64,000 bases of DNA from an uncultured bacterium (GTDB lineage: Bacteria > Verrucomicrobiota > Verrucomicrobiia > Limisphaerales > UBA8199). How positions within the stretch are numbered: the stretch's first letter is position 1; the number at the start of each line of letters is the position of its first letter. The notes under the pieces are model-generated. The model did no database searches. It was not told the origin of the DNA and worked only from the letters and a program-made list of their open reading frames with translations. Below are positions 1-10,469 of this stretch, one piece after another. Where the stretch lies: contig CAVVMW010000019.1 in assembly GCA_963749495.1 (NCBI GenBank), forward strand, positions 160,001 to 224,000. The letters run 5' to 3'. A program made the translations under genes and the position numbers.

Positions 1-772
1 TGCCATCCCCGAGAACCTCCTGGAGAGCGAGCTGTTCGGGCATGAAAAAGGCTCCTTCACCGGCGCCCACGCCCAGCGCAAGGGTCGCATCGAGAGCGCC
101 GGCGGCGGCACCCTCTTCCTGGACGAGATCGGCGAGCTTTCCCTTGGCTTGCAGGTCAAGCTGCTCCGTTTCCTCCAGGACAAGAGCCTCGAACGCGTCG
201 GCGGCCGCCAGCAAATCCAGGTGGACACGCGCGTCATTTCCGCCACCAACAGCGACCTCAAAAAGGCCATGCTCGGGGGGCGGTTCCGCGAGGACCTCTA
301 CTACCGCCTGGCGGTGGTGATCGTCCAGTTGCCCCCGCTGCGGGAGCGCGAGGGCGACGTCCTCCTGCTGGCCAAGGATTTCCTCCGCCGCTTTGCCGCA
401 GAGACCGGCAAAGAGGGCCTGGTCTTCGACCCTCATGCCCTCCAGGTCCTGGCTCGGCACTCCTGGCCGGGAAACGTCCGGGAGCTCGAGAACCGTGTAA
501 AACGCGCCGTCATCATGGCCGACAGGAAACGGTTGAGCGTTTGCGACCTCGAATTGAACGGCTCTTCGGTCGCGCCGCCGCTCACCAGTCTCAAAGAAGC
601 CCGCGAATCCGTCGAACGCGAAATGGTCCTGCAGGCTCTTCGCAAACATGGAGGCAAGATTACCCCGGCGGCCGCCGAGTTAAAGATCAGCCGGCCAACC
701 TTTTATGAACTGGTGGAGAAGCTGGGCATACACAGAACCGAACAACAGGCCGGCGCGACCGAGCCTGAGTGA
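1..772 (+). CDS. prsR: Sigma-54-dependent activator (NtrC family; probable PEP-CTERM-box response regulator PrsR), 5'-truncated by window edge
   Basis: Frame from nt 2 reads [22 protein letters not shown]...[22 protein letters not shown] and a C-terminal Fis-type HTH; lies next to a VPDxG-CTERM gene and wza. Confidence 0.8.
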   Translation, partial: AIPENLLESELFGHEKGSFTGAHAQRKGRIESAGGGTLFLDEIGELSLGLQVKLLRFLQDKSLERVGGRQQIQVDTRVISATNSDLKKAMLGGRFREDLYYRLAVVIVQLPPLREREGDVLLLAKDFLRRFAAETGKEGLVFDPHALQVLARHSWPGNVRELENRVKRAVIMADRKRLSVCDLELNGSSVAPPLTSLKEARESVEREMVLQALRKHGGKITPAAAELKISRPTFYELVEKLGIHRTEQQAGATEPE

Positions 773-956
773 TACTGCGGTAAGGCTGAAGAAGGGCACA
801 CATCGGGTCTTTAACCCGATTCATCCTCGCCCCCCTGACTGCGCTCCCTGGGCCATTGATTAAGCCGACGGAATTGATTACACTCCTGGCCGTTTTGCAC
901 AAGCCGCTTGGGATAAGGCACTTACACCAGATCTGACTGACCGAAACGTCATACGG

Positions 957-974
957 CGTCGGAATCCCTTACAC
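957..974. promoter_or_regulatory. Putative upstream activator (enhancer) site for the sigma-54 promoter
   Basis: CGTCGGAATCCCTTACAC (reverse GTGTAAGGGATTCCGACG) ~125 bp upstream of a -24/-12 promoter; resembles PEP-CTERM-box enhancer motifs as I recall them; second CTTACAC half-site near 920-928. Confidence 0.4.
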
Positions 975-1095
975 TCACCAACGTCTGAATGGTTGAATAT
1001 GCCGCCGCCTCGCAAAGACATGCGCACACATAACACACTCCAAATCAACATGTTATGCGCACAAAAAACGGCCCGGCGACCATCACGGAACCCTT

Positions 1096-1111
1096 TGGCA
1101 TGGCCAGTGCT
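1096..1111 (+). promoter_or_regulatory. Sigma-54 (-24/-12) promoter
   Basis: TGGCATGGCCAGTGCT, GG-N10-GC spacing, ~80 bp upstream of the VPDGG-CTERM gene. Confidence 0.75.
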
Positions 1112-1187
1112 TCCCCACGCGTGTTGGATTGACAATCCGCTGGTTAGATTTAAGCGACAACAACAAACGCAACTTCGAAGGACTAAA

Positions 1188-1883
1188 ATGATGAAAAAGC
1201 GACTTGGGTTAGTTTTAGCGGCGTGCGTCATGACAGGCACGGCTGCGTTTGCGGCGACACTCACATTCGATGGCGTGCCGAATTATTACGCCGACACACT
1301 CCATATCACCACGCCGGATTTCACCGCGTCCCTCCCGTCCGTGGAAATCGGGTTTTACACGTATAATCTTAATGGCGCAGGACCTGTGGTAAAGTCCTTC
1401 TGCATAGATTTTTACGACGCGGCTCCTTCAACGCCGCAGCCGTATTCGGCCATTGCTCTCGCGTCCGCCCCGCAGTCCTATGGGCTTCTCAACACGGCCA
1501 TGGGTGCCGGTGCCGCGACGACCATCGAGAAGTTGTGGGCACTTAATTACAACAATGCCCTCGCTAGCCCCTTGATTGCTGCAGAATTGCAGGTTGCCAT
1601 TTGGAAGGCCATCGCTCAGAGTACTCTTCTTTCTGACGGCATAACTCACGGCAGTCTGACGGTTGGTTCGGGCGCGGACCCGCTTGAGACCGGGGCGAAC
1701 ACCCTGTTGGCAAACGCCGCGAGTTATTCGGGTCCTCTTCCCGATCTTTTCGCGTGGTCTAACGAGCAGGCGAAGGGCATTTACCAGGACTACATTGGCG
1801 TTCCCGACGGCGGGTTGACCGTGGTGCTCCTGGGGATGGCGCTGACCGGCTTGGCCGCAATGAGCCGCAGGTGCCCCAAATGA
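1188..1883 (+). CDS. VPDSG-CTERM (PEP-CTERM-like) exosortase-targeted secreted protein
   Basis: Signal peptide MMKKRLGLVLAACVMTGTAAFA; FCID and LQVAIW motifs; C-terminus QDYIGVPDGGLTVVLLGMALTGLAAMSRR; AAGGA RBS. Confidence 0.9.
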   Translation: MMKKRLGLVLAACVMTGTAAFAATLTFDGVPNYYADTLHITTPDFTASLPSVEIGFYTYNLNGAGPVVKSFCIDFYDAAPSTPQPYSAIALASAPQSYGLLNTAMGAGAATTIEKLWALNYNNALASPLIAAELQVAIWKAIAQSTLLSDGITHGSLTVGSGADPLETGANTLLANAASYSGPLPDLFAWSNEQAKGIYQDYIGVPDGGLTVVLLGMALTGLAAMSRRCPK

Positions 1884-1964
1884 CCGCTCGGCGGCTGGCC
1901 GCAGTCATTCTCAGGGCAGGACGCCGAGTCCTGCCCGTTCCTTTTCCGGGGGAAATGGGGCAGT

Positions 1965-1980
1965 TGGCATGTCGGACGCT
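1965..1980 (+). promoter_or_regulatory. Second sigma-54 (-24/-12) promoter
   Basis: TGGCATGTCGGACGCT, GG-N10-GC; followed by AAGGA RBS and ATG at 2029. Confidence 0.6.
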
Positions 1981-2028
1981 TTCGTGCCAGCAGGCATGCT
2001 CGGACAACGGCTCAAGACAAAGGAAACA

Positions 2029-2790
2029 ATGTTACTCTCTGAGCGGCACCGCGGTGAACGGGGTCAACTACAACACGCTCTCAGGCAGCGTGCTCATTCC
2101 AGCAGGCCAGGCGGCGGCCACCATCACTGTTAGCCACTCGCGGACGGCCTGCCAAAGGGCAACCGGACGGTGGTGGCCACACTCGCGAGCAACCCGGGCT
2201 ATAACATCATCAATCCCAGTGCGGCCACGATCACGATTGTTGATGCCGATATCCCCGCCATCACGCTCTGCGTTCCCCAGCCGACCGCTTCCAAGGCGGG
2301 CACGAGCACGGGCGCATTTGCCTTCACCCGCACGGGGAGCACCAGCACCAACCTGACCGTCTTTTTCGACATCTTCGGAACCGCCATCAATGGCGCCGAC
2401 TACGCTGCCATCACCAGCAGCCTCGTCATCCCGGCCGGGACCAACAGGGGATGGCTCCTATACTCGCCGGGCCCGGGCTTCACGGGTGCGGACTCGTTCA
2501 CCTATACGATCAGCGACCGTTATGCGACGGCAACCGGTTTGGTGACCGTAAGTATCCGCGTGGATAACAACCCGTCGCCGAATTTGACGAATGCTGACCT
2601 GGGCAACGGCTCGCATGTGATTTGGGGCGACGGCTTTCCCGGCCTCACCTACCGCATCCAGTTCGCCGAGAGCGCCCCGCGCGCCAACTGGCAGACATTG
2701 GGCACCGTGACAGCCGATGCGCTCGGCGCTTTTCAATTCATCAACCGGACGGGAAGCCCACAGCGGCTGTATCGCACGGTGTTCCCATGA
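2029..2790 (+). pseudogene. Internally deleted/frameshifted surface protein (Calx-beta-like fragments, cadherin-like segment, C-terminal YR domain)
   Basis: YSLSGTAVNGVNY...IPAGQAAATIT in one frame, continued in frame 2170-2790; C-terminal part paralogous to the end of the 2978-9121 protein. Confidence 0.65.
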
Positions 2791-2977
2791 CAAAACGAAG
2801 AAAAAAGACTGTGAAAGGCCCGAAGCACACGAAAGGCGATTCGCCTGAACGGCATTTTGGCGAAGCTCTGTCTGGCGCGGCGCATTCATGGGGGCGGCGC
2901 GTGAAGGACAGAACCCTCATCGCCCGCACTTTTGCCTTGCGTCACAGAATGTCCAAACCGCGAACTTGAGAAAGCCT

Positions 2978-5900
2978 ATGAAAAGAGCAGTTGTATTCCT
3001 TGTAGTGCTGTTGCTGATTCCCTTCAGCCGGCAGGCGCAAGCGCAGATTCAGGAGACCGACAGTTTCGCCGGCCTCAACCTGAGCATCCCGGATGGCAAT
3101 CCCTCCGGGCTGCACAATGTCCAGACGGTGGCCTCATCCGTCACGAATATCACCTCCTTGCGCTTGAGGCTGCACACCATCGGGGAGTTCAACGGAGATC
3201 TGTACGGCTATCTGCGCCATATCCAAGGCGGTGTCACCAACTTCTGCGTGCTGCTCAACCGCGTCGGCCGCACGGCATCCAATCCGTCAGGCTATGGCGA
3301 TCCCGGCCTGAATGTGGATCTCGCCGATGGGGCGCCCGACATCCACACTTATCAGGCGGTCACCAATCTTCCGGCCGGGATGGGACTGAGCGGCATCTGG
3401 TCCCCTGACGACCGCGACGTGGATCCGGACACCGTTTTGGACACCTCCCCGCGCACGACCGCGCTGGCCGACTTCAACGGCATGAACGCCGCCGGCGACT
3501 GGACCCTCTTCGTGGCCGACATGCAATCGGGCGGCACGAACATGCTCAGCGATTGGGGCCTGGAAATCACTGGCGTCGGCCGCCCGGCGCTGACCTGGAC
3601 TCAACCGGCAGACATCACCTACGGCACGGCGCTCAGCAGTTCCCAATTGAGTGCAACGGCGACTTTCAACTCTACAAACGTCAGCGGCACGTTCACCTAC
3701 ACGCCGCCTCTCGGCACTGTTCTGAGCGCGGGCGCCGCCCAGACCCTGTCTGTCACCTTCACCCCGGTGGACACGACCTCGTTCCTGCCTGCCGCCACAA
3801 GTGTGAGTATCAACGTGAACCCGGCGCTGTTGACCATCACAGCCAATTCCGGGAGCAAGACCTACGGGGCGGCCAACCCGAGCTTCGGTTACACGCCCAG
3901 CGGTTTTGTCAACGGGGACAGCAGCAGCGTGCTGAGCGGCAGCCCGAGCCTGACGACCACGGCCACGACTGCCAGCGGTGTGGGCACTTATGCCATCACT
4001 GCGGCGGCGGGCACTTTGAGCGCCGCCAACTACACCTTCAGTTTTGTCCCTGGCACGCTGACGGTCAACGCGGCGACGCTGACGATCACGGCCAACGCCG
4101 CCAGCAAGACCTACGGGGCGGCCAACCCGACTTTCAGTTACACGCCCAGCGGTTTTGTCAACGGCGACACCAGCAGCGTGCTGAGCGGCAGCCCGAGCCT
4201 GACGACCACGGCCACGACTGCCAGCGGGGTGGGCACTTATGCCATCACTGCGGCAGCGGGCACTTTGAGCGCCGCCAACTACACCTTCAGTTTTGTCAAC
4301 GGCACGCTCACTGTGAACAAAGCGACGCTGACGATTACGGCCAACGCCGCCAGCAAGACCTACGGGGCGGCCAACCCGAGTTTCGGTTACACGCCCAGCG
4401 GTTTTGTCAACGGGGACACCAGCAGCGTGCTCAGCGGCAGCCCGAGCCTGACCACCACGGCCACGACCTCCAGTGGTGTGGGCACTTATGCCATCACTGC
4501 GGCAGCGGGCACTTTGAGCGCCGCCAACTACACCTTCAGTTTTGTCAACGGCACGCTCACTGTGAACAAAGCGACGCTGACGATTACGGCCAACGCCGCC
4601 AGCAAGACCTACGGGGCGGCCAACCCGAGCTTCGGTTACACGCCCAGCGGTTTTGTCAACGGGGACACCAGCAGCGTGCTGAGCGGCAGCCCGAGCCTGA
4701 CGACCACGGCCACAACCTCCAGTGGTGTGGGCACTTATGCCATCACTGCGGCAGCGGGCAGTTTGAGCGCCGCCAACTACACCTTCAGTTTTGTCCCTGG
4801 CACGCTGACGGTCAACGCGGCAACGCTGACGATCACGGCCAACGCCGCCAGCAAGACCTACGGGGCGGCCAACCCGACTTTCGGTTACACGCCCAGCGGG
4901 TTTGTCAACGGGGACACCAGCAGCGTGCTGAGCGGCAGCCCAAGCCTGACGACCACGGCCACGACCGCCAGCGGGGTGGGCACTTATGCCATCACTGCGG
5001 CAGCGGGCACTTTGAGCGCCGCCAACTACACCTTCAGTTTTGTCCCTGGCACGCTGACGGTCAACGCGGCAACGCTGACGATCACGGCCAACGCCGCCAG
5101 CAAGACCTACGGGGCGGCCAACCCGACTTTCGGTTACACGCCCAGCGGGTTTGTCAACGGGGACACCAGCAGCGTGCTGAGCGGCAGCCCAAGCCTGACG
5201 ACCACGGCCACAACCTCCAGTGGTGTGGGCACTTATGCCATCACTGCGGCAGCGGGCACTTTGAGCGCCGCCAACTACACGTTCAGCTTTGTCCCCGGCA
5301 CGCTGACGGTCAACGCGGCGACGCTGACGATCACGGCCAACGCCGCCAGCAAGACCTACGGGGCGGCCAACCCGACTTTCAGTTACACGCCCAGCGGTTT
5401 TGTCAACGGGGACACCAGCAGCGTGCTGAGCGGCAGCCCGAGCCTGACCACCACGGCCACGACCTCCAGTGGTGTGGGCACTTATGCCATCACTGTGGCA
5501 GCGGGCACTTTGAGCGCCGCCAACTACACCTTCAGTTTTGTCGCTGGCACGCTGACGGTCAACGCGGCGACGCTGACCATCACGGCCAACGCCGCCGGCA
5601 AGACCTACGGGGCGGCCAACCCGAGCTTCGGTTACACGCCCAGCGGTTTTGTCAACGGGGACAGCAGCAGCGTGCTGAGCGGCAGCCCGAGCCTGACGAC
5701 CACGGCCACGACTGCCAGCGGGGTGGGCACTTATGCCATCACTGCGGCAGCGGGCAGTTTGAGCGCCGCCAACTACACCTTCAGCTTTGTCCCTGGCACG
5801 CTGACGGTCAACGCGGCGACGCTGACGATCACGGCCAACGCCGCCAGCAAGACCTACGGGGCGGCCAATCCCAGCTTCAGTTACACGCCCAGCGGGTTTG

Positions 5901-8900
5901 TCAACGGGGACACCAGCAGCGTGCTGACCGGCAGCCCAAGCCTGACCACCACGGCCACGACCGCCAGCGGGGTGGGCACTTATGCCATCACTGCGGCAGC
6001 GGGCACTTTGAGCGCCGCCAACTACACCTTCAGCTTTGTCGCTGGCACGCTGACGGTCAACGCGGCGACGCTGACCATCACGGCCAACGCCGCCGGCAAG
6101 ACCTACGGGGCGGCCAACCCGAGCTTCGGTTACACGCCCAGCGGTTTTGTCAACGGGGACAGCAGCAGCGTGCTGAGCGGCAGCCCGAGCCTGACGACCA
6201 CGGCCACGACTGCCAGCGGGGTGGGCACTTATGCCATCACTGCGGCAGCGGGCAGTTTGAGCGCCGCCAACTACACCTTCAGCTTTGTCCCTGGCACGCT
6301 GACGGTCAACGCGGCGACGCTGACGATCACGGCCAACGCCGCCAGCAAGACCTACGGGGCGGCCAACCCGAGCTTCAGTTACACGCCCAGCGGTTTTGTC
6401 AACGGGGACACCAGCAGCGTGCTGACCGGCAGCCCAAGCCTGACGACCACGGCCACGACTGCCAGCGGGGTGGGCACTTATGCCATCACTGCGGCAGCGG
6501 GCACTTTGAGCGCCGCCAACTACACCTTCAGTTTTGTCAACGGCACGCTCACTGTGAACAAAGCGACGCTGACGATCACGGCCAACGCCGCCAGCAAGAC
6601 CTACGGGGCGGCCAACCCGAGCTTTAGTTACACACCCAGCGGCTTTGTCAACGGGGACACCAGCAGCGTGCTGACCGGCAGCCCAAGCCTGACCACCACG
6701 GCCACGACCTCCAGTGGTGTGGGCACTTATGCCATCACTGCGGCAGCGGGCACTTTGAGCGCTGCCAACTACACCTTCAGCTTTGTCCCTGGCACGCTGA
6801 CGGTCAACGCGGCGACGCTGACCATCACGGCCAACGCCGCCAGCAAGACCTACGGGGCGGCCAATCCCAGCTTCAGTTACACGCCCAGCGGTTTTGTCAA
6901 CGGCGACACCAGCAGCGTGCTGAGCGGCAGCCCGAGCCTGACGACCACGGCCACGACTGCTAGCGGGGTGGGCACTTATGCCATCACTGCGGCAGCGGGC
7001 ACTTTGAGCGCCGCCAACTACACCTTCAGTTTTGTCAACGGCACGCTGACGGTCAACGCGGCGACGCTGACGATCACGGCCAACGCCGCCAGCAAGACCT
7101 ACGGGGCGGCCAACCCGAGCTTCGGTTACACGCCCAGCGGGTTTGTCAACGGGGACACCAGCAGCGTGCTGAGCGGCAGCCCAAGCCTGACCACCACGGC
7201 CACGACCGCCAGCGGGGTGGGCACTTATGCCATCACTGCGGCAGCGGGCACTTTGAGCGCCGCCAACTACACGTTCAGTTTTGTCCCTGGCACGCTGACG
7301 GTCAACGCGGCGACGCTGACGATCACGGCCAACGCCGCCAGCAAGACTTACGGGGCGGCCAACCCGAGCTTCGGTTACACGCCCAGCGGGTTTGTCAACG
7401 GGGACACCAGCAGCGTGCTGAGCGGCAGCCCAAGCCTGACGACCACGGCCACGACTGCCAGCGGGGTGGGCACTTATGCCATCACTGCGGCAGCGGGCAC
7501 TTTGAGCGCCGCCAACTACACGTTCAGTTTTGTCCCTGGCACGCTGACGGTCAACGCGGCGACGCTGACGATCACGGCCAACGCCGCCAGCAAGACTTAC
7601 GGGGCGGCCAACCCGAGCTTCGGTTACACGCCCAGCGGGTTTGTCAACGGGGACACCAGCAGCGTGCTGAGCGGCAGCCCAAGCCTGACGACCACGGCTA
7701 CGACTGCCAGCGGGGTGGGCACTTATGCCATCACTGCGGCAGCGGGCACTTTGAGCGCCGCCAACTACACCTTCAGTTTTGTCAACGGCACGCTCACTGT
7801 GAACAAAGCGACGCTGACGATCACGGCCAACGCCGCCAGCAAGACCTACGGGGCGGCCAACCCGAGCTTCGGTTACACGCCCAGCGGGTTTTTCAACGGG
7901 GACACCAGCAGCGTGCTGAGCGGCAGCCCGAGCCTGACCACCACGGCCACGACTGCCAGCGGGGTGGGCACTTATGCCATCACTGCGGCAGCGGGCACTT
8001 TGAGCGCTGCCAACTACACCTTCAGCTTTGTCCCTGGCACGCTGACTGTGAACAAGGCTGTGCTGACCGTGACCGCGAACAATGCGACCCGCGTTTATGG
8101 CCAGGCAGACCCGGCGTTCACCGCAAGTTATTCCGGGTTCCAGAATGGCGAAACGCTGCCCACCAGCGGGGTGACGGGCAGTCCGAGTTTGACCACCACG
8201 ACGACGGCGACCAGCCCTGTTCCCGGCCCCTATCCGATCACGGCTGCGGCAGGCACATTGGCCGCAGCCAATTACAGTTTCAGCTTCGCTAATGGTCAAC
8301 TCACTCTGGCGAAGGCCACGACGGTTGCGACGCTCAATTCATCCTCCAACCCGGCCCTGCCTGGCACGCCGGTTATCTTCACCAACAGTCTGGGCGTGGT
8401 GGCTCCCGGCGGGGGCACGCCGACCGGCACGGTGAACTTCCGCATCAATGGCAGCATCGCCGGCTCCGGCACCTTGTCCGGCGCTGCCGCGACGTACACA
8501 AGCAGCACACTGGCGCACGGCACCCACACTGTCGTGGCCGAGTATGGCGGAGACGGCAACTTCCTCGGCGCCACCAACCAATTGTTGTCGAGCCAGGTGA
8601 TCGACACACCGCCGGTTGCGGGCGCAGATACCGTCCTGCGAGACCCAACCGGAGGCGTGAAAATTTCCATCGCGTCATTGCTGGGCATTGCCACCGATGC
8701 CGACGGCGACCCGATCACCTTCGTCAGCGTCAGCGCCACCAGCGCCAACGGCGGCACCCTCTCGTACAGCGGCAACTGGATTGTTTACACCCCGGCGCCT
8801 GGGTTCACCAATCCAGACTCGTTTACCTATACGATTGGCGACGGCTACGTGACGGTGACCGGCACGGTGAACGTGAACATCCTCGTTGATACCAGCCTAT

Positions 8901-9121
8901 CGGTGAATTTGACTATCGTCAGCCTGGGCAACGGCTCTTTCGCCATCAATGGCGACGGCATCCCCTACCGCACCTACCACATCCAGTTCTCCGGCGACCT
9001 CCAGCACAGCAACTGGCAGACCGTGGGCGCGACAACCGCCAATTCGTTCGGCTCGTTCCAATTCATCGATACCCCCGGGACCGGGAGTTTATTCCGCTAT
9101 TATCGGTCGGTATATCCTTGA
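2978..9121 (+). CDS. Giant secreted adhesin-like protein: proprotein-convertase P-like domain, 17-18 MBG-type repeats, Ig-like and cadherin-like domains
   Basis: Signal peptide MKRAVVFLVVLLLIPFSRQAQA; 83-aa repeat ...ANAASKTYGAANPSFGYTPSGFVNGDTSSVLSG...; C-terminus FRYYRSVYP. Confidence 0.9.
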   Translation: MKRAVVFLVVLLLIPFSRQAQAQIQETDSFAGLNLSIPDGNPSGLHNVQTVASSVTNITSLRLRLHTIGEFNGDLYGYLRHIQGGVTNFCVLLNRVGRTASNPSGYGDPGLNVDLADGAPDIHTYQAVTNLPAGMGLSGIWSPDDRDVDPDTVLDTSPRTTALADFNGMNAAGDWTLFVADMQSGGTNMLSDWGLEITGVGRPALTWTQPADITYGTALSSSQLSATATFNSTNVSGTFTYTPPLGTVLSAGAAQTLSVTFTPVDTTSFLPAATSVSINVNPALLTITANSGSKTYGAANPSFGYTPSGFVNGDSSSVLSGSPSLTTTATTASGVGTYAITAAAGTLSAANYTFSFVPGTLTVNAATLTITANAASKTYGAANPTFSYTPSGFVNGDTSSVLSGSPSLTTTATTASGVGTYAITAAAGTLSAANYTFSFVNGTLTVNKATLTITANAASKTYGAANPSFGYTPSGFVNGDTSSVLSGSPSLTTTATTSSGVGTYAITAAAGTLSAANYTFSFVNGTLTVNKATLTITANAASKTYGAANPSFGYTPSGFVNGDTSSVLSGSPSLTTTATTSSGVGTYAITAAAGSLSAANYTFSFVPGTLTVNAATLTITANAASKTYGAANPTFGYTPSGFVNGDTSSVLSGSPSLTTTATTASGVGTYAITAAAGTLSAANYTFSFVPGTLTVNAATLTITANAASKTYGAANPTFGYTPSGFVNGDTSSVLSGSPSLTTTATTSSGVGTYAITAAAGTLSAANYTFSFVPGTLTVNAATLTITANAASKTYGAANPTFSYTPSGFVNGDTSSVLSGSPSLTTTATTSSGVGTYAITVAAGTLSAANYTFSFVAGTLTVNAATLTITANAAGKTYGAANPSFGYTPSGFVNGDSSSVLSGSPSLTTTATTASGVGTYAITAAAGSLSAANYTFSFVPGTLTVNAATLTITANAASKTYGAANPSFSYTPSGFVNGDTSSVLTGSPSLTTTATTASGVGTYAITAAAGTLSAANYTFSFVAGTLTVNAATLTITANAAGKTYGAANPSFGYTPSGFVNGDSSSVLSGSPSLTTTATTASGVGTYAITAAAGSLSAANYTFSFVPGTLTVNAATLTITANAASKTYGAANPSFSYTPSGFVNGDTSSVLTGSPSLTTTATTASGVGTYAITAAAGTLSAANYTFSFVNGTLTVNKATLTITANAASKTYGAANPSFSYTPSGFVNGDTSSVLTGSPSLTTTATTSSGVGTYAITAAAGTLSAANYTFSFVPGTLTVNAATLTITANAASKTYGAANPSFSYTPSGFVNGDTSSVLSGSPSLTTTATTASGVGTYAITAAAGTLSAANYTFSFVNGTLTVNAATLTITANAASKTYGAANPSFGYTPSGFVNGDTSSVLSGSPSLTTTATTASGVGTYAITAAAGTLSAANYTFSFVPGTLTVNAATLTITANAASKTYGAANPSFGYTPSGFVNGDTSSVLSGSPSLTTTATTASGVGTYAITAAAGTLSAANYTFSFVPGTLTVNAATLTITANAASKTYGAANPSFGYTPSGFVNGDTSSVLSGSPSLTTTATTASGVGTYAITAAAGTLSAANYTFSFVNGTLTVNKATLTITANAASKTYGAANPSFGYTPSGFFNGDTSSVLSGSPSLTTTATTASGVGTYAITAAAGTLSAANYTFSFVPGTLTVNKAVLTVTANNATRVYGQADPAFTASYSGFQNGETLPTSGVTGSPSLTTTTTATSPVPGPYPITAAAGTLAAANYSFSFANGQLTLAKATTVATLNSSSNPALPGTPVIFTNSLGVVAPGGGTPTGTVNFRINGSIAGSGTLSGAAATYTSSTLAHGTHTVVAEYGGDGNFLGATNQLLSSQVIDTPPVAGADTVLRDPTGGVKISIASLLGIATDADGDPITFVSVSATSANGGTLSYSGNWIVYTPAPGFTNPDSFTYTIGDGYVTVTGTVNVNILVDTSLSVNLTIVSLGNGSFAINGDGIPYRTYHIQFSGDLQHSNWQTVGATTANSFGSFQFIDTPGTGSLFRYYRSVYP
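3829..8060 (+). repeat. Coding tandem repeat, 17 near-identical 249-bp units plus a diverged 18th unit to ~8310
   Basis: Anchor GGCCAA(C/T)CC recurs at 3871, 4120 ... 7855 (period 249). Confidence 0.95.
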
Positions 9122-9377
9122 CCCGCTCCAAGAACCGTCGCAAACCCAGCAAGGTTTTGGGCTGCACCCACGGCCCGTCGGGGGCGCAGTCCAAAATGAT
9201 TCTGCCAACACTGATTCTGCCTCCTCCATCCTCTTCGGGGAATCCAATGCGCCTGCCCTGGCGCCGCACCGAGATCTTGTTGCAAATTGCCGCGCCGGCT
9301 GGCATCATCGCGCCTGATGTTTCGATTGAATCGCACAAACAGGCAGTCGTGTGAAGACCCACGGCCAGCAGCAACCC

Positions 9378-10439
9378 ATGAATAGGACATCCAAGACAAG
9401 CAACGGGCGAATGCGTTGCCCTAGGCCGGGGAGCGGGCATGCTCCAGTCGGACTTTCTGCCATCCTCGCTGCCTTGGCGCTGGCCGGTCTGGCCGGCCTG
9501 GCAGGCTGCCAGACGGCGCCCCAGGCCCGGGTTGAAGCTCCGGGGAACTTTGCGGCGCAGCAAGCCCCGCCGTCGCCCGGTCAATGGCTGAGCCAGAACT
9601 TCACGCAAACCGCTGCTGCCGCTGCCGCCGGCCAGCAGCCGCTCCCTGCCCCCGCCGGACAGCGCCAGGCAGGGCCCGCGGCGGTGGAACAACCTGCTGC
9701 CAAGACGAGCCCGAACCTCCCCGCGCCGCAGGGCACCGATGCGCCACCCGCCGCCGCCGCGCCGGCAACCGCTAGCGCGCCCGCAGCCACCAACACGCCA
9801 GCCGCCGCTGGGAGTGCGGCAGTCACCAACCTGCCACCCGCCGCCAGTGCTCTGGCAACGGCCAACACGCCCGCAGCCGCCAGCGCTCCTGCAGCCGCCA
9901 GCGCGCCGCCAGGCACCAATGCCCCCGGCACGGCCCAGGCAGAACCGCTCTTGCTTCGTGAAGGCGATGCTGTGCGCATCACTTTTCCCGGCGCGCCAAA
10001 CTTGAGCGGTCTCCAGTTGATCCGCCGCGATGGCAAGGTTACCCTGCCGCTCATCGGCGAGTTCAAGGCGGCCGGTTTGGCCCCCGCCGACATGGCAAAA
10101 CAACTGATCGAGCTCTACCGTCCGCAGCTTCAGGTCCCGGAGGTGACGGTCACCATGGAGTCATCCGCCTATGCGCTCTATGTCATCGGCGCCGTGCTCC
10201 GGCCGGGCAAAATCATGGTGGATCGGCCGATGTCCCCCCTGGAAGCCGTCATGGAGGCCGGCGGCTTCGACTCGACCCGTGCGAATATGAAGGCGGTCAA
10301 AATCATCCGCCACGACCAGGGCCGCACGGAGTACTACACCCTCAACCTGAAACGCGAGCTTCAAGGTAAGTCCTCCTCCGCCTTCATCCTGAAGCCCCTC
10401 GACATCATCTACGTCCCCGAACGGTTCACTTGGTTCTAG
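9378..10439 (+). CDS. wza: Polysaccharide export lipoprotein (Wza/Poly_export + SLBB) with long Ala/Pro-rich linker
   Basis: Lipobox LAGC; GDAVRITF...IRRDGKVTLPLIGE...VIGAVLRPG...LKPLDIIYVPE. Confidence 0.85.
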   Translation: MNRTSKTSNGRMRCPRPGSGHAPVGLSAILAALALAGLAGLAGCQTAPQARVEAPGNFAAQQAPPSPGQWLSQNFTQTAAAAAAGQQPLPAPAGQRQAGPAAVEQPAAKTSPNLPAPQGTDAPPAAAAPATASAPAATNTPAAAGSAAVTNLPPAASALATANTPAAASAPAAASAPPGTNAPGTAQAEPLLLREGDAVRITFPGAPNLSGLQLIRRDGKVTLPLIGEFKAAGLAPADMAKQLIELYRPQLQVPEVTVTMESSAYALYVIGAVLRPGKIMVDRPMSPLEAVMEAGGFDSTRANMKAVKIIRHDQGRTEYYTLNLKRELQGKSSSAFILKPLDIIYVPERFTWF

Positions 10440-10469
10440 CCTGGACCCGTCGGAATCATTGACAGATTC

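Noticed and set aside
3829..8060. CRISPR array
   Set aside because: 249-bp coding units with no unique spacers; no cas genes anywhere in the window
3287..8299. 1670-aa minus-strand ORF and 1024-aa alternate-frame ORF (3553-6627)
   Set aside because: Shadows of a stop-free tandem repeat within the adhesin gene; no independent protein features
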